Notes: generated from the sequence alone by a model not told the origin. DNA of 40,464 nucleotides from Octopus bimaculoides (GCF_001194135.2 NC_068981.1:3498227-3538690); one strand, 5' to 3'; positions 18,801 to 32,155 are shown, numbered from the stretch's first letter. Program-made: numbers and translations.

Positions 18801-21710
18801 AGGACCCCCTCCTTCAGAATGTACTCATATTCCTTCAGCCAGGGAACAACAGCTTTAGTTTATGCCTTTCAGTCATTCTCTAGAGGGGGCAACTGACAAG
18901 ATACCACAATACAAACTGAAGGGATAAGGTAGGGGAGGGGTATATCATATCTCTGTCATCGCTGCAGCAGCCAAGGTTAAGACACGCAACATTTCATTAG
19001 CCTGTTCCCTCTCACAGAGACAATACATAAGGCACCATTCTGCAGTAGAAATTGTGCCAAAGTAGACAGTGGAAAACACAATGCTGTCTTCTAATTCTTC
19101 AGATTGTGTCAGACTGTCTGACCTAGGTCAGAATTGGAACATGGGTGTTAAATATTCCAAGATGATGCACCCAGTTCTTTGTGCAAAATGAGTGAAAACT
19201 GGATTCAATCATTTAGCATTCAAAACGGCCATATGCAGCCCAAATATTCTACCTGTTATATTTTCAAACTGGCCAGATTCAGCCTTTCACACCTTATACG
19301 GTGCCTTGTAAAAGCACCTGTGCAGAACCACTTAAAAGTACCCATGCAGTGCCATGTAAAAGCACCCACTACACTCTCGGAGTGGTTGGCAAGGAAGGGC
19401 ATCCAGCTGTAGAAACCTTGCCAGATTAGAAACCAAACCATCCAACCCATACCAGCATGGAAAACGGACGTTAAATGATGATGATGATGATGACGACGGC
19501 GACATTGAAATCTTGAAGCTATGCGATAGTTTGTGATTAACTGAAAACAGTGTAAATCAATAGGCATTACATTTGATAGAGTAACCTCAATACTTAAGGG
19601 TCAAAGCTAACGGGGTTCAGACTTAAACTTTACAGCTTAGATCAAGATGAACTCCTCATCTAAAACAGCAGAGTGTCAGACAGAATTTGTTGAGACAGAT
19701 TTGCTGTGGCAGGGTGCCCTTCCTGTCACCAACCCTTATCTGTTTCCAAGCAAGGTAATATTTCCTATAACCAAACATGACTTTCATGGAAAACTGGAAA
19801 CAAACAACTTCACTCATATGATGGCAATGCTCCATTAACAGCCATCACATGTCAAGACGAAATACGCAGACACATACAACACACAAACACTACAGGCTTC
19901 TTTAAGTTTCCATCTACCAAATCCACTCACAAGGCTTTGGTTGTCCTGAGGCTATAATAGATGGCACATGCCCAAGGGGCTACACAGTGGGACTGAACCT
20001 GGAATCTATACAGATGCAAATTTTTTTTAGAGCATTAAAGCATGTAATATAGGCCCAACTTCACAAACAGGTCCCAGGGTGAATTTTTGACACAATTATT
20101 CCTGACAAAAAAGTGCATCTTACATGCCATCAAATATGTTAAGTAACCCCTAGATTTAATTTCCAAGGATGAAATGACTATAACAAAACAACAGTCCCTA
20201 AAATATGTTCCCTAAAATTCTTCATAAAACGTTAATCTATAAAATTAAATATTAAGTGCACAAATCTACAAACAATTTCCTTTACATCCTAAAATATCGT
20301 GCCTCTCTCTCCCCACATCTCCATTTTTTGGCAAGCATTTTAAAACCGAGTAATAACAGGTTTTGCGTAACATTTACTTCAAAAAGAGCGATAAAGAGGA
20401 AACTTATAAAAAAATAATAACATTTCTGCATCGAGGATAATAGAAAAATAGAAAAACAGCAACGAAAAAAGGAAAAAAATAAGAAAACCACCAATGGTTT
20501 GTGGTGCAGTGTGATTATATTAACCGAAAATAAAGAACCAAAAATTTAGAAATAAAATTTTCCCCACGTATTTGAAGGTGGAGACATAAAATCAAAATCA
20601 ATAACGGGTCATAAACAGATAAGAAAAATCACATCGTTTTAATATAAACTACATATCGCACGCTATATTATTAGTCATAGCTATCATGTCCTTATAAAAG
20701 ACTAATGGTTAGAGATCTATCTATTTATTTGCTTGTGTTTAGATTATTCATCATTCATGACAAATCATGAATGATAAACTTAGGATTGGCTATATACAGT
20801 GCAGTAGTTTGTATGAGTAATTTCCATGTGGTTGTTAAGACAATGCAGGCACAATCACCATCATCATCATCATCATCATCAGCGTTTAGCGCTTTAGCTT
20901 TTAAACTGGTTGTGTCTGGCCAAAATATTCTACCTGTTTTAGGTTGAAACTGGTCAAATCCAGCCTCTCACACCTACCTTACTATGTCATTCTAAAAAAA
21001 TAAGCAATCACATCATCGTAATCCAAAAGCTGAAAAGATAATGCTGGATTAATTGAAAACAAAATGAAGAAATAAGCACCACATTTGACAGACTAATGTG
21101 AAGACTAAAGAGTTGGCATGGGTTGAACGGTTTGGCAGTATCAGAAAGGCCCGAAGGCTGCACCATGCCCCAATCTCTGATTTGGCAGGGCCTCTACAAC
21201 TGAATGCCTTTCTTAAGGCCAGCCACTTTACAGAGTTTACTGGGTGCTTTTTTGTCATGGCACCAGCATTAGTGAGGTTGCCATGCAGTTCACATGACGA
21301 AGATCCCTTTCAACTGATTAGGGTTATAGTACAGAAGGGAGGCAACTCTATGGCAGAAGATAAAGGGTTAAAAGTATGAGAGAAGGGGCTGGAACAGGTT
21401 TCTTGTTGTAAAGAAGCTACATGGCCACTCACATTATAGAAGAGAAGATGAGAATAGTCAGGGGGAGCTGAAAAGAGATAAAAATAGAGAAAACAAGGTA
21501 CAAGGAGACTAGATCAGAGTGAGGACAGAAGAACAGAACAAGATATGTGTGTGCGTGTGTGCATAGAAGTTGTAAGGGTGTGTGGGCAAGTAAGAGACAG
21601 TAAATGGGTGATGGAGGGGTGGATATAATAAAGAACAAAGTATTGAGGGGTGATTAAAGAGACGAGTATGGAGAAGACTGACACTGCAGAAAGCAGAGGG
21701 AGTGAAAAGT

Positions 21711-21735
21711 GAATAATAATAATAACAGTAATAGA

Positions 21736-21770
<35 letters not shown>

Positions 21771-21783
21771 TAATAATAACAGT
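21711..21783. repeat. (TAA)n microsatellite upstream of the Dong-type element
   Basis: Directly visible. Confidence 0.95.
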
Positions 21784-21821
21784 AATTGTTGCAAAGTTGT
21801 TGTTGCAACAATTATTATTAT

Positions 21822-22375
21822 TGCAACAAGTATGGACTTGACAGAGTAAAAAAGTGGAACGAACATCAACCTGAAGGCATCATCGAAAATGATAATGCAA
21901 AGATCCTGTGGGATTTTATGATTCAGTGCGACCATGCGATAGAGAATAGGAAACCAGACATAGTGTTGATTGAGAAAGAAAGCAAACTATGCTGGATCAT
22001 AGATATAGCATGCCCAGCAGACAACAAGGTATGCGATAAGGAAGAAAGAAAAGTCGAGAGATATGACAGGTTAGCTTGGGAGGTTAAGCAGTTGTGGTCG
22101 ATGAAAAAGGTAGCAGTAATAGTACCAATAATTGTCAGAGCCCTGGGAACAGTGAGTAAAAATCTTGAGAAGTATATGGAACAAATAGGGGCTGCAATAA
22201 GGGTGGAGCACTTGCAGAAAACAGCACTGCTTGGAACCAACCAAATACTCCGGAAGGTGCTCGAAAAATAAGGGGTGTTACCTTAGTTCACTAGTAGCGA
22301 ACAGCTGGTGCCGTAGTACATCTCCAGCATTAGAAGTCGTGCAAGGACAATAAATAGTAAAAATAATAATAATAA
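21822..22375 (+). mobile_element. 5'-truncated R4/Dong-type non-LTR retrotransposon (open restriction-like endonuclease C-terminus)
   Basis: Uninterrupted CNKYGL...WNEHQPEGIIENDNAKILWDFMIQCDHAIENRKPDIVLIEK...IIDIACPAD...KVERYDRLAWEVKQLW...VPIIVRALGTV...LQKTALLGTNQILRKVLEK* (stop at 22271), the typical R4-clade RLE domain with the PD..D motif. ~80-nt 3' UTR, then an AATAATAAT tail. The upstream ATG in the ORF track lies outside the homology. Confidence 0.92.
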
Positions 22376-23326
22376 CCACGATGATGATGATTTCAAGTTT
22401 TGGCACAAGGCCAGCAATTTCAGAAGAGGTGAGTCAATGACATTCACCTTAGTGTTCAATTTGTAGTTATTTTATCGACCCCCCACCACTCCTCAAAAGA
22501 GACCAAAGACAAAGTCAGTCCCGGCAGCATTTGAACAGCTGCTAAGCATGGTTGGCAAGGCAAGCTTCTCAGCCACACTTATGCTTGCGACTCTCCTATA
22601 TCTGCTGCCTCGTTCATTATTATTCATTGCTAACGATATTAGCAACAAATAATAAATTCCCTGGAATCAACTGTCAGAGCAGAGTAGTTTAGCCGTTTCT
22701 ATTAGTAATCACAGTTGAAGTATGACAAAAAATAGTTCTATTTTAGAATTTAGGCTTATCAAAGAAAGCTTACAACTATTGACAACAATGGAAGCAATAA
22801 TAATAATAATAATAATAATAAAATGAATGTAGATAAACAAATATTTGATATAATAAATCTCAAATTGTAAATATCTGTTTTGTCTTTTATTGCCCATCTT
22901 CCATTTCATCATCATCGTTTTAACATCCATTTTTCCAATCCTACATGGGTTAGAGGGAATTCAATGAGGCAGATTTTTCTACAGTCAGGCGTTGTTCTTG
23001 TTGCCAGTCCTCCTCCTCCCCTGTTGCCAAGCAACCGGGATATTTCTCTCCATAGCCAGACATGTTTTCACAGCAGATTGGATACGAGGGGGGGGGGAGA
23101 CTGCTTGTACGACAGCGTTGCTCATTTTACAACCATCAGCCAAGACATGGTGATAATAACACACACACACACATATAGGAAAATGTGGCACAGCAAAATG
23201 TGTGTGTGTGTGTTTTAATAATTCACATAGGCATAGTGAGACTAATAACCTGGTGTAGAACTCAATATATGTGTGGTCCACAACACAATGTTAGAGGAGT
23301 GAAGAGTGGTAAGAGGAACAAATATA

Positions 23327-23692
23327 NNNNNNNNNNNNNNNNNNNNNNNNNNNNNNNNNNNNNNNNNNNNNNNNNNNNNNNNNNNNNNNNNNNNNNNNNN
23401 NNNNNNNNNNNNNNNNNNNNNNNNNNNNNNNNNNNNNNNNNNNNNNNNNNNNNNNNNNNNNNNNNNNNNNNNNNNNNNNNNNNNNNNNNNNNNNNNNNNN
23501 NNNNNNNNNNNNNNNNNNNNNNNNNNNNNNNNNNNNNNNNNNNNNNNNNNNNNNNNNNNNNNNNNNNNNNNNNNNNNNNNNNNNNNNNNNNNNNNNNNNN
23601 NNNNNNNNNNNNNNNNNNNNNNNNNNNNNNNNNNNNNNNNNNNNNNNNNNNNNNNNNNNNNNNNNNNNNNNNNNNNNNNNNNNNNNNNNNNN
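23327..23692. other. Assembly gap (N run)
   Basis: N bases. Smaller gaps at 7461-7470, 12367-12376 and 37521-37531. Confidence 1.
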
Positions 23693-24064
23693 GGGTTCAG
23701 TCCCACTGTGTGGCACCTTGGGCAAGAGACTTCTGCTATCATCTCGGGCTGACCAAAATCTTGTGAGTTGATTTGGTAGACGGAAACTGAAAGAAGCCCA
23801 TCATATATATATACGTGTGTGTGTGTGTGTTTGTCCCCCCACCCCACATCGCTTGACAACCGATGTTGGTACGTTTATGTCCCCGTAACTTAGTGGTTGA
23901 GCAAAAGAAACCAATAGAATAAGTACTAGGCTTACAAAGAATAAGTCCAGGGGTTGATTTGCTTGACTAAAGGCAGTGCTCCAGCATGGCCACAGTCAAA
24001 TGACTGAAACAAGTAAAAGAGTAAAGAGTAAGCATTACCAATATTTTCAATGCTTCTTTCTTAC

Positions 24065-24151
24065 TCGTTCTCAGAAAACCAGTAGCACTGGAGTCTACAA
24101 GTTTTACTGTCAGCTAAGCTTCCCTGGCTGCCTTCTGTCAGCAGCAGCAGC
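24065..24151 (-). CDS. Candidate symmetric 87-nt internal exon (LLLLTEGSQGSLADSKTCRLQCYWFSEN)
   Basis: Acceptor CTCTTTAATGTCTTCTTTCTGTAG and donor GA|GTAAGA. One frame (phase 2-2) is open. No protein recognised; could be non-coding. Confidence 0.25.
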
Positions 24152-26467
24152 CTACAGAAAGAAGACATTAAAGAGACCTGCTGATGATAAATCAGTCAGT
24201 CTGTACACTTTGGTGAAACCAGATGATCTCTGGAAATAGTCAAAATGTAACTTGATATGAAAACAAAACCCATCAAACAATAAGAAACCAGTTTAGATTT
24301 ATAATCATTATATTTGGAATTAATGGACATCTGCTCTTATTATCTATCAACAAGCACTGAAAATGACCAAATACATGTCAAATAATGTAATTTATGACCA
24401 ATGACCACTATTTATTTGCTTGGCTTCTCTCTCTCTCTCTCTCTTTATTCAGTTATTTTCTGGGTGGTCGTGGTGGGGGTGTTCTTTCTTTTTAAGCAGC
24501 CATCTTTTCTGTTTTTTTCTTCTTTTTCATGCAAATATAGATGGAACAAGTTTTAATTCTCATAGGAGAAAGAGTTTACATAGGTGCAGGTGTATATGTG
24601 TGGTAAGATGCTTGCTTCCCGATCACATGGTTCTGGGTTCAAACCCACTGCATGGCACCTTGGGCAAGTATCTTCTACGATAGCTCAAGGATGGTCAAAG
24701 CTTTGTGAGTGGATTTGGTAGACGGAAACTGAAAGAACCTGTCATTGTGTGTGTGTGCGTGTGTGTGCGTGTGTGTGTCTGTCTGTCTGTCTGTCCCTCG
24801 CCACCACTTGACAACTGGTGTTTGTGTGTTTATTTCCTTGTAACTTAGCAGTTCAGTAGAAGAGACTGATAGAATAAGTACCAACCTTTAGAAAAAATAA
24901 GTGCTGAGGTCGATTCTTTCAACTAAAATTCTTCGAGGTGGTGCCCCAGCATGGCCACAGTCTAATTACTGAAACGAGTAAATAAAATAGATGCATGTCT
25001 CCCCTCTTGGCAATCTAACCATTCCGTGGTGATGATCAAAGATGGAGCAAACTGGATGACAGGGCCCAACCGACAACAGGTGCTGGAATATCTGTATGGT
25101 CGAGAAGCTTACTTTGCGAGCATGTGGTCTCAGGTTCAATACCACGGTGTGGTACCTTAGGTAAGTGTCTTCTGTAACCCCAGGTCAACCAAAGCCTTGT
25201 GAGTGGGTTTGATGGAAACAGAAAGCAGCCCCATTGTTGGAGACATGTTTGGAAGTGAGTAACACTGTTTTCAAGGGATTTATGACACACAGACAGAGGG
25301 AGGGGGGTGAGGTAGCAAGTGGGTAGTGAGAAGGTAATATTAACATGAGAGGGGTGGTAACAGTTGTTGATTCTATGTAATCTCTAATCTCCCGGTTCCA
25401 CTCCCTCTCTCAGCTGAGAGGTCCTTGTCTCGTGAGCTCACAGATGTTGGTGCCACATATAAAGCACCCATGGCAGCGTCATGTATAAAGTACCCGTGCT
25501 GGTGCCACATATAAAGCACCCAGTACAACAGGAAGGGCATCCAGTTGTAGAGACCATGCTGAAGTAGTCAAGCAAATTCTATTCAGTACTCTCACCTTAC
25601 CAGTTCCTATCGAACCATCTGACTTGTGCCTGCATGGAAAGCAGCCATGAAATGATAGTGATGATGATGATGACGAAGATGAAAGCACAGACAACACCTT
25701 TAAAGAGTGAATGGTTTGAAATAGTTTGAATGAAAGAGTCAAGCAGAAGTAAGTGATGGAGGCGGATGGCTAGGGCTGGACCATAGAAGTCCATAGACGT
25801 TGGGGCAGAGGAGGAGAGGAGGCATGGAGATACGTCCGAAATAGAAATAACCAAAAGATAAAAAGGTAAAAAAAGAATAAGCAAACAAACATGAGACACA
25901 AAATTATTATAAAAAAAAATAATAAAAGCATCCAAACTTTAAATATTCATTTGTTGTCGACTGGCAAACTGAAGCAGATGTATTAAACTGACAGACACAT
26001 TTCTAAAATAAACGTCCATGTTTGAAATATTCCAAGTCATTTATTACGAACAATAAATGGTGAAAATGAGTTTGTATGGCTTTGGTTCTGGTAAAGAAAT
26101 AAATTAAAAATCAATCAAAATATTTGAGATGGGTTAGTTTAGAGATCAGTTAAATATAATTACAGCAATTATAGATTGGCAACTGTGTAATTAAGTATGC
26201 TGGCAATAAGTAAATGGATGTTGAAGAAATAATAAAACAAGATTCTGTAATGTGGCATGGAACAATTTAAGAAGAAATAACCAACAACGGAAAGGTAATA
26301 AAGCAGCCCTCATTCTTCATCTCATCATCGTTTAACATCCGCTTTCCATGCTAGCACGGGTTGGACGATTTGACTGAGGACTGGCGAACCAGATGGCTAC
26401 ACCAGGCTCCAATCTGATTTGGCAGAGTTTCTACAGCTGGATATTCGTCACAAACTACTACTTGTTT

Positions 26468-26478
26468 CATATATATAC

Positions 26479-26544
<66 letters not shown>

Positions 26545-26609
26545 TATATACACATATATATATATACATACACACGTATATATATACACATATTAATATA
26601 TATACACAC

Positions 26610-26640
<31 letters not shown>

Positions 26641-26731
26641 CACACACACATATATATATACACACATATACACGCACACACACACACATATATATACACA
26701 CATATATACACACACACATATATATACACAC

Positions 26732-26772
<41 letters not shown>

Positions 26773-26790
26773 CATATACACACATATATA
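26468..26790. repeat. (TA)n/(CA)n compound microsatellite
   Basis: Directly visible. Similar tracts at 398-460, 16045-16320, 27839-27921 and 28335-28520. Confidence 0.95.
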
Positions 26791-27447
26791 TTGTGTGTTA
26801 AATAATGTCACCTGAAAGCAATTTTAAGACCAACAACTGAGCATTTACTGTTGGAATGGTTCTTAACTGACAGTAGTCAAAATTACTGTGAAGTCCCAGT
26901 CAACATGATCTGTGTGTGTGTATGTGTGTACATATATAGGTGCAGGTGTGGCTGTTTGGTAAGAAGTTTAGTTTCCAATCACATGGTTCAGGTTCAGTCC
27001 CACAGCATGGCACCTTGGGCAAGTGTCTTCTACTACAGCCTCAGGCTGACCAAAGCCTTGTGAGTGGATTTGGCTGATGGTAAGTAAGAGAAGCTGTTGT
27101 ATGTATACATCTATAAGTGTGTGTGCATGTTTACATCCCCATAACTTAGTGGTTTGGCAAACAAGATCAATTGAATAAGTACCAGGCTTTACCAAAAAGT
27201 AATAAGCATTGGGGTCAATTCATTTCACTGAAATTCTTTAAGGCAGTGCTCCAGCATGACCATCAGTCTAATGACTGAAACAAGGATATATACATATATA
27301 TACATATACATATATATAGCAGCATCAACACCAAGCAGTGATGAAGAATAAGCAAACTTTAAGTTAATTAGAATATGTTTCTGACACATCAGAGTTATCT
27401 CATTTCTGTATTCCCCATTGGTGAAGGTTAAAGAGCCAGAAACATGT

Positions 27448-27673
27448 CTTTAAGGCAGCGAGCTGGCAGAATCGTTAGCAGACCGGGCAAAATGCTTAGA
27501 GGTATTTTGTCTGTCTTTACATTCTGAGTCAAATTCCTCCAAGGTCGACTTTGCCTTTCATCCTTTCGTGGTCAATAAATTAAGTACAGGTTACGCATTG
27601 GGGTCGATGTAATCGACTTAATCCCCTTGTCTGTCCCCTCTCTGTGTAGCCCCTTGTAGGCAATAAAGAAATA
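27448..27673 (+). mobile_element. Full-length SINE family B with a 10-bp target-site duplication
   Basis: AGAAACATGT at 27438-27447 and again at 27674-27683. Confidence 0.9.
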
Positions 27674-27837
27674 AGAAACATGTGTCTGGGAATCCACTAG
27701 AGGGAAGCACAGAGCAGAGATGGTGTTTCTATACCTTTTACCATAAGAAAGAATTTTTTCTTCAAGGTGATTGCAATGAATTTGCCTTCAGAAGTTAAAA
27801 TATGTCACAAACATATTTTAACTAAACTAAACTTTGT

Positions 27838-27923
<86 letters not shown>

Positions 27924-28334
27924 AGAATACACCACATTTACACATGTATAAGCCTATATGTGTGTGTACATGTAAATATCTATGTATTTATTGTATTTAT
28001 GTAAATGGATGTGTGTGCATGTATGTATATATATGTGTGTGTGTATGTGTTATACACACACATCCCAAATATGAATGAGCTACCATTATACTTCCAGCAG
28101 CCAAAATTCTGAACACCAGAAGATAAGAGAAATGAAATAAAATAAAATAAAATAAAGTGAAGCGAGAAGATTACATCATAATAAATATACATTAGAGCAA
28201 AATGGCCGAGATAATTTTCTCATAAGAAATTCATTGACTAAAATGTCACTGATAGTTATATTTTCCAAGAGGAAGGTATGGGCTGTCTCATGTGACAAAT
28301 CATTTAAGTCTGTGTCTATATAAATGTAGGAGTG

Positions 28335-28378
<44 letters not shown>

Positions 28379-29144
28379 GGTAGGTGTATAAATATGTATA
28401 TGTATGTGTGTATAGTTGTATAGCCATATATCTGTTTGTATGTGCATAGGTGTATAGATATGTATGTGTGTTTGTGTGTATAGGGACGTAAGTATGTATA
28501 CGTATGTGTAAATGTGTGTGTCTGCATAATTTTAGAGTTGCGTGTGTGAATGTAACAATTTAATAGTAGCTGACAGCATGGTGATGCTTCATGAAATTCA
28601 ACGCGTCTTTTATACCAATATAATAGCCAGGAAGAAATCCTAATATCAGGAATCATTCAGAATAATGCATATTTAAAGAGCCATCTGTCAATAAAACTGT
28701 AGAAATATGGCTTGGAATTAAGCACTTGTTTTTCTAAAACAACCAGCATGTACGACGGCAGCGACTGTTATACCACACACCAAGAGAGTAGCAAATGTCA
28801 TGAATCTGGACTTTAAAATTCAAAACCTATAATTTCAACATCAACAGAGAAAAATAAAGATAATATTTGGAACAGATTTATTGCCGTTTAAAAGATATTT
28901 CTTTTGTCCGACGTCCATTTCTCCATGTTAGCACAGCTTGGACAGGAATTGATTTCAGGTAGGATTCTACAGGGCAGATTTGGCTCTGTGTTAAGAAGTT
29001 TGCTTCCTGACCTTGTGGTTTTGGGTTCAGGCCCACATGATGCCTTGAGTAAGTGTCTTCCATTATGGCTCCAGGAGACCAAAGCATTGTTATAGTGAAT
29101 TTGGCAGATGGGAACTGAAAACCTGTCTATTTTAAATACATATG

Positions 29145-29434
29145 TATGTAAAAAGCACCATTTGAGCATGGCTCCTGTGCCGGTGGCACATAAAAAGCAT
29201 CATTCGAGCATGGTCGATACCAGTGCCACCTGACTGGCCCCCATGCTGATGGAATGTAAAAAAAAGCACCCACTACACTCTCAGAGTGGTTGGCATTAGG
29301 AAGGGCATCCAGCTGTAGAAACTCTGCCAGATCAGATTGGAGCCTGGTGCAGCCTTCTGGCTTGCCAGTCCACAGGCAAACCATCCAACCCATGCCAGCA
29401 TGGAAAGTAGACATTAAACAATGATGATGATGAT
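29145..29434 (+). mobile_element. SINE family D copy
   Basis: Two internal units, the conserved tail and (GAT)n. Confidence 0.9.
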
Positions 29435-29683
29435 GTGTGAGGTGAAGGCACATAGCTTAGTGGTTAAGGTATTTAGCCCCAGTTGAGCAGGCTTGTAATC
29501 AATGATGATCCAGCCATGACCATCCCATCTTTTCTATTCATGCAGAACATTTAGAATTAAACCACTCAATGTAACCCTCTCGTTTTAAAGACATCATGAT
29601 GCCATTTGAAAGAGATTCCAATGCCATTTGTAGTAGGCCAATTTCTTTCATTAGCTCAAGTCATGTTAAAACAGTTCTCTTAA

Positions 29684-29866
29684 CCCTTTCAATACCAACC
29701 TGCCTGAGCCTCCCCCACCCTCGTTCTGTAGCAAGTTTCCTGTTTTAAAGTGATCTAAATTAAAACCTTTAATCAAAATTTCTTTTTAATTTATGTTCCA
29801 AAAACCAGCTTAATTAATCACAATGTTATTTTACTAAATTCTTCATTACTGAAATGCACTGCCTTT
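29684..29866 (+). mobile_element. piggyBac-type MITE family 2, left part
   Basis: TTAA (29680-29683) CCCTTTCAATACCAACC, interrupted at ~29867 by the tail of a minus-strand SINE D. Confidence 0.75.
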
Positions 29867-30380
29867 CATCATCATCATCATCGTCGTCGTTTAATGTCTG
29901 CTTTCCATGCTGGCATGGGTTGGCCAGTTTGATTGAGGACTGGTGAGCCAGAAGGCTGCACCAGACACCAGTCTGATCTGGCAGTGTTTCTATGGCTGGA
30001 TGCCCTTCCTAACACCAACCACTCCGAGAGTGTAGTGGGTGCTTTTACGTGCCAGTCAGGCAGTTCTGGTAACGACCACGCTCAAAAGGTGTTTCTTACG
30101 TGCTACCTGTACGGGAGCCAGTCCGGCAACGCTGGCAACAATCACACTCAAATGGTGCTTTTTACATGCAATTGGCACGGGAGCCAATCCGTGGCACTGG
30201 CAACAATCACGTTCAGATGGTGCTTTTAACGTTCCACTGGCACGAGTGCCAATCAGGCAGTACTGTCATCAGCCACGTCAGCGATTTTGATTTGATTTCA
30301 CTTGCTTCAATAGGTCTTCACAAGCAAAGTTTATTGTCCAACGAATGAGGGGTACTCATAAGTGGTTCGGTTACACCCAC
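29867..30380 (-). mobile_element. Long SINE family D copy with ~4 internal units
   Basis: (CAT)n, then the reverse complement of the conserved tail, internal units and an extended 5' region. Confidence 0.85.
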
Positions 30381-30384
30381 CTTG

Positions 30385-30560
30385 TTTGAAATCATTTTGA
30401 AAATCATAAAGAATTTAGTAAAATAACTTGTCTTTATTAAGATAATGTTTGGAACATAAAGAGTATGAAATTTGGAAAGCTTTAATTTAGATTATTTTAA
30501 ACAGGAAGTTCATGCTGAAGAACCAGGAGTGTTTCAGACAAGTTGGTTTCAAACGAGTTA
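30385..30560 (-). mobile_element. piggyBac-type MITE left part, inverted relative to 29684
   Basis: GAATTTAGTAAAATAAC...TTTAATTTAGAT.ATTTTAAACAGGAA...GTTGGTTTCAAACGAGTTA is the reverse complement of the MITE 5' portion. Confidence 0.65.
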
Positions 30561-30676
30561 GAGTCTGCCAGTGCTGAGCAAACAAGACTTTCAATAAAAA
30601 CAAAAAAAAAATCAAACTGTGGGACCAACTCCAAGTGTATTTTTTGATTGGGAACATTTATTTGGTTGCATTGCAG

Positions 30677-30777
30677 ATAGAAGAGAGAATGAATGCTTTG
30701 ATCAAAGAATCAATGTTCTTTGTGAAATTGATGATGATCAGAAGAAATACAATGATCGAATCATCCCAGAAGAATAA
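30677..30777 (+). CDS. Candidate terminal exon (DRRENECFDQRINVLCEIDDDQKKYNDRIIPEE*)
   Basis: TTGCATTGCAG acceptor followed by an open frame in unique sequence. The phase-0 frame is also open. Not recognised. Confidence 0.15.
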
Positions 30778-30804
30778 TAGACAAAAAAGGTGATCAATGC
30801 AGAC

Positions 30805-31049
30805 AGCCACTACTACTACTACTACTACTACCACCATCATTACAACTACTACCGCCACCACTACTACTACTATTAATACTACAACCACCACCACTACTAC
30901 TACTGCCACCACCATCATTACTATTACTACTACCACCACTACTGTTACTGCTACTACTACTACTTCTTCTGTTATTGCTGCTGCTGCTGCTACTACTACT
31001 ACTTCTGTTATTGTTACTACCACCATCACTGTTATTGCTGCTGCTGCTG

Positions 31050-31098
<49 letters not shown>

Positions 31099-31123
31099 CA
31101 CTACTACTACTACTACTACTACA
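30805..31123. repeat. (CTA)n/(CCA)n/(CTG)n trinucleotide tract
   Basis: Directly visible. It contains two copies of TGTTATTGCTGCTGCTGCTGCTACTACT. Confidence 0.95.
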
Positions 31124-31829
31124 TTAACAACAGTTTAATATGATGCTCTGTTGTTACCAATCCTATTTCTGTTCTAAAATTTCTAACAAAGGCAGAAGGC
31201 CAAGAATTTGGTGGGGACGGGGTTAGTAGATTGAATCAACCGCAACACATGCCTGGTGCTTTATTCTATCAACCACAAATGGTGAAAAGGCAAAGTTGAC
31301 TTCAGCAAGGATTGAACTCACAACATAAAGGGCTGTAACTATACTTCGCAGGCATTTCGTCAAATGCTCTACTAATTCTGCCAATCCACCACCCTGCTGT
31401 ACAATATAATATTCTTTTCTACTCTGGCCACAAAGCCAGGTATTTGGGAGTAGAAGGGGGCTAGGCAATTACATTGACCTCAGTATTTAACTGGTACTTA
31501 TTTCATTGATCCTGAAAGGATGAAAGGGAAGTGGACCTTGGTGGAATCCAAACTCAACTGTATGATATAATACTGACTTCAAATTTTGGCACAAGGCCAG
31601 CAAGATCAAAGAAGCAGATAAGTCAATCATATTGACCCCAGTGCTCAACTGGTACTTATTTTATTGACTCCAGAAGGATGAAAGGCAAAGTCGACTCTGG
31701 TGGGGTTTGAACTCAGAATGTAAAGATGTGTGAAGCATCATTAGTCATTTTCCTTGATGTGCTAATGATTCTGCCAGCTCACCACCTCCCCCTGCAGTAC
31801 AAAATATTAAGAACTACTTTATATCACAG

Positions 31830-32155
31830 TGAAAGCATTCAGCTTAGTGGTTAGGGTATTCGGCTCACAATCATGATGTCAGGAGTTCAATTCTGGGTGG
31901 TGTATCATGTCCTTGAGCAAGACACTTTATTTCATGGTGCTCCATCCTAATCAGCTGGCAAAAATGAGTTGGACCTGTATTTCAAAGGCCCGGCCTTGTC
32001 ACATTCGATGTCACGTTGAATCTCCCTGTGAACCACTCTAAGGGGACATGTGTCTGTGGAGTGCTCAGCCACTTGCACATTAATTTCACAAGCAGGATGT
32101 TCCATTGATCGGATCAACTGGAACCCTCGTTGTCGTAACCAATGGAGTCCCAGTT
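31830..32155 (+). mobile_element. Full-length SINE family C (tRNA head)
   Basis: AGCTTAGTGGTTAG A-box, GGAGTTCAATTCT B-box, TCCTTGAGCAAGACACTT central block. Confidence 0.85.

Noticed and set aside
24174-24240. CTGATGA...GAAA with a 5-bp hairpin CCAGA/TCTGG, sharing AGACCTGCTGATGA with the minus-strand hammerhead
   Set aside because: The U16.1 position is A, and there is no credible stem II closing pair or stem I. A 14-mer match is plausible by chance, and the region is better explained by splice signals on the other strand.
28650-28830. Hydrophobic peptide SRFMTFATLLVCGITVAAVVHAGCFRKTSA* on the minus strand
   Set aside because: It is only 30 codons with ambiguous acceptors, no donor and no homology, so it cannot be distinguished from chance.
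30658-31138. Poly-Thr / poly-Val ORFs resembling a mucin
   Set aside because: They are produced entirely by the (CTA)n tract, and stops separate them from the upstream candidate exon in every frame.
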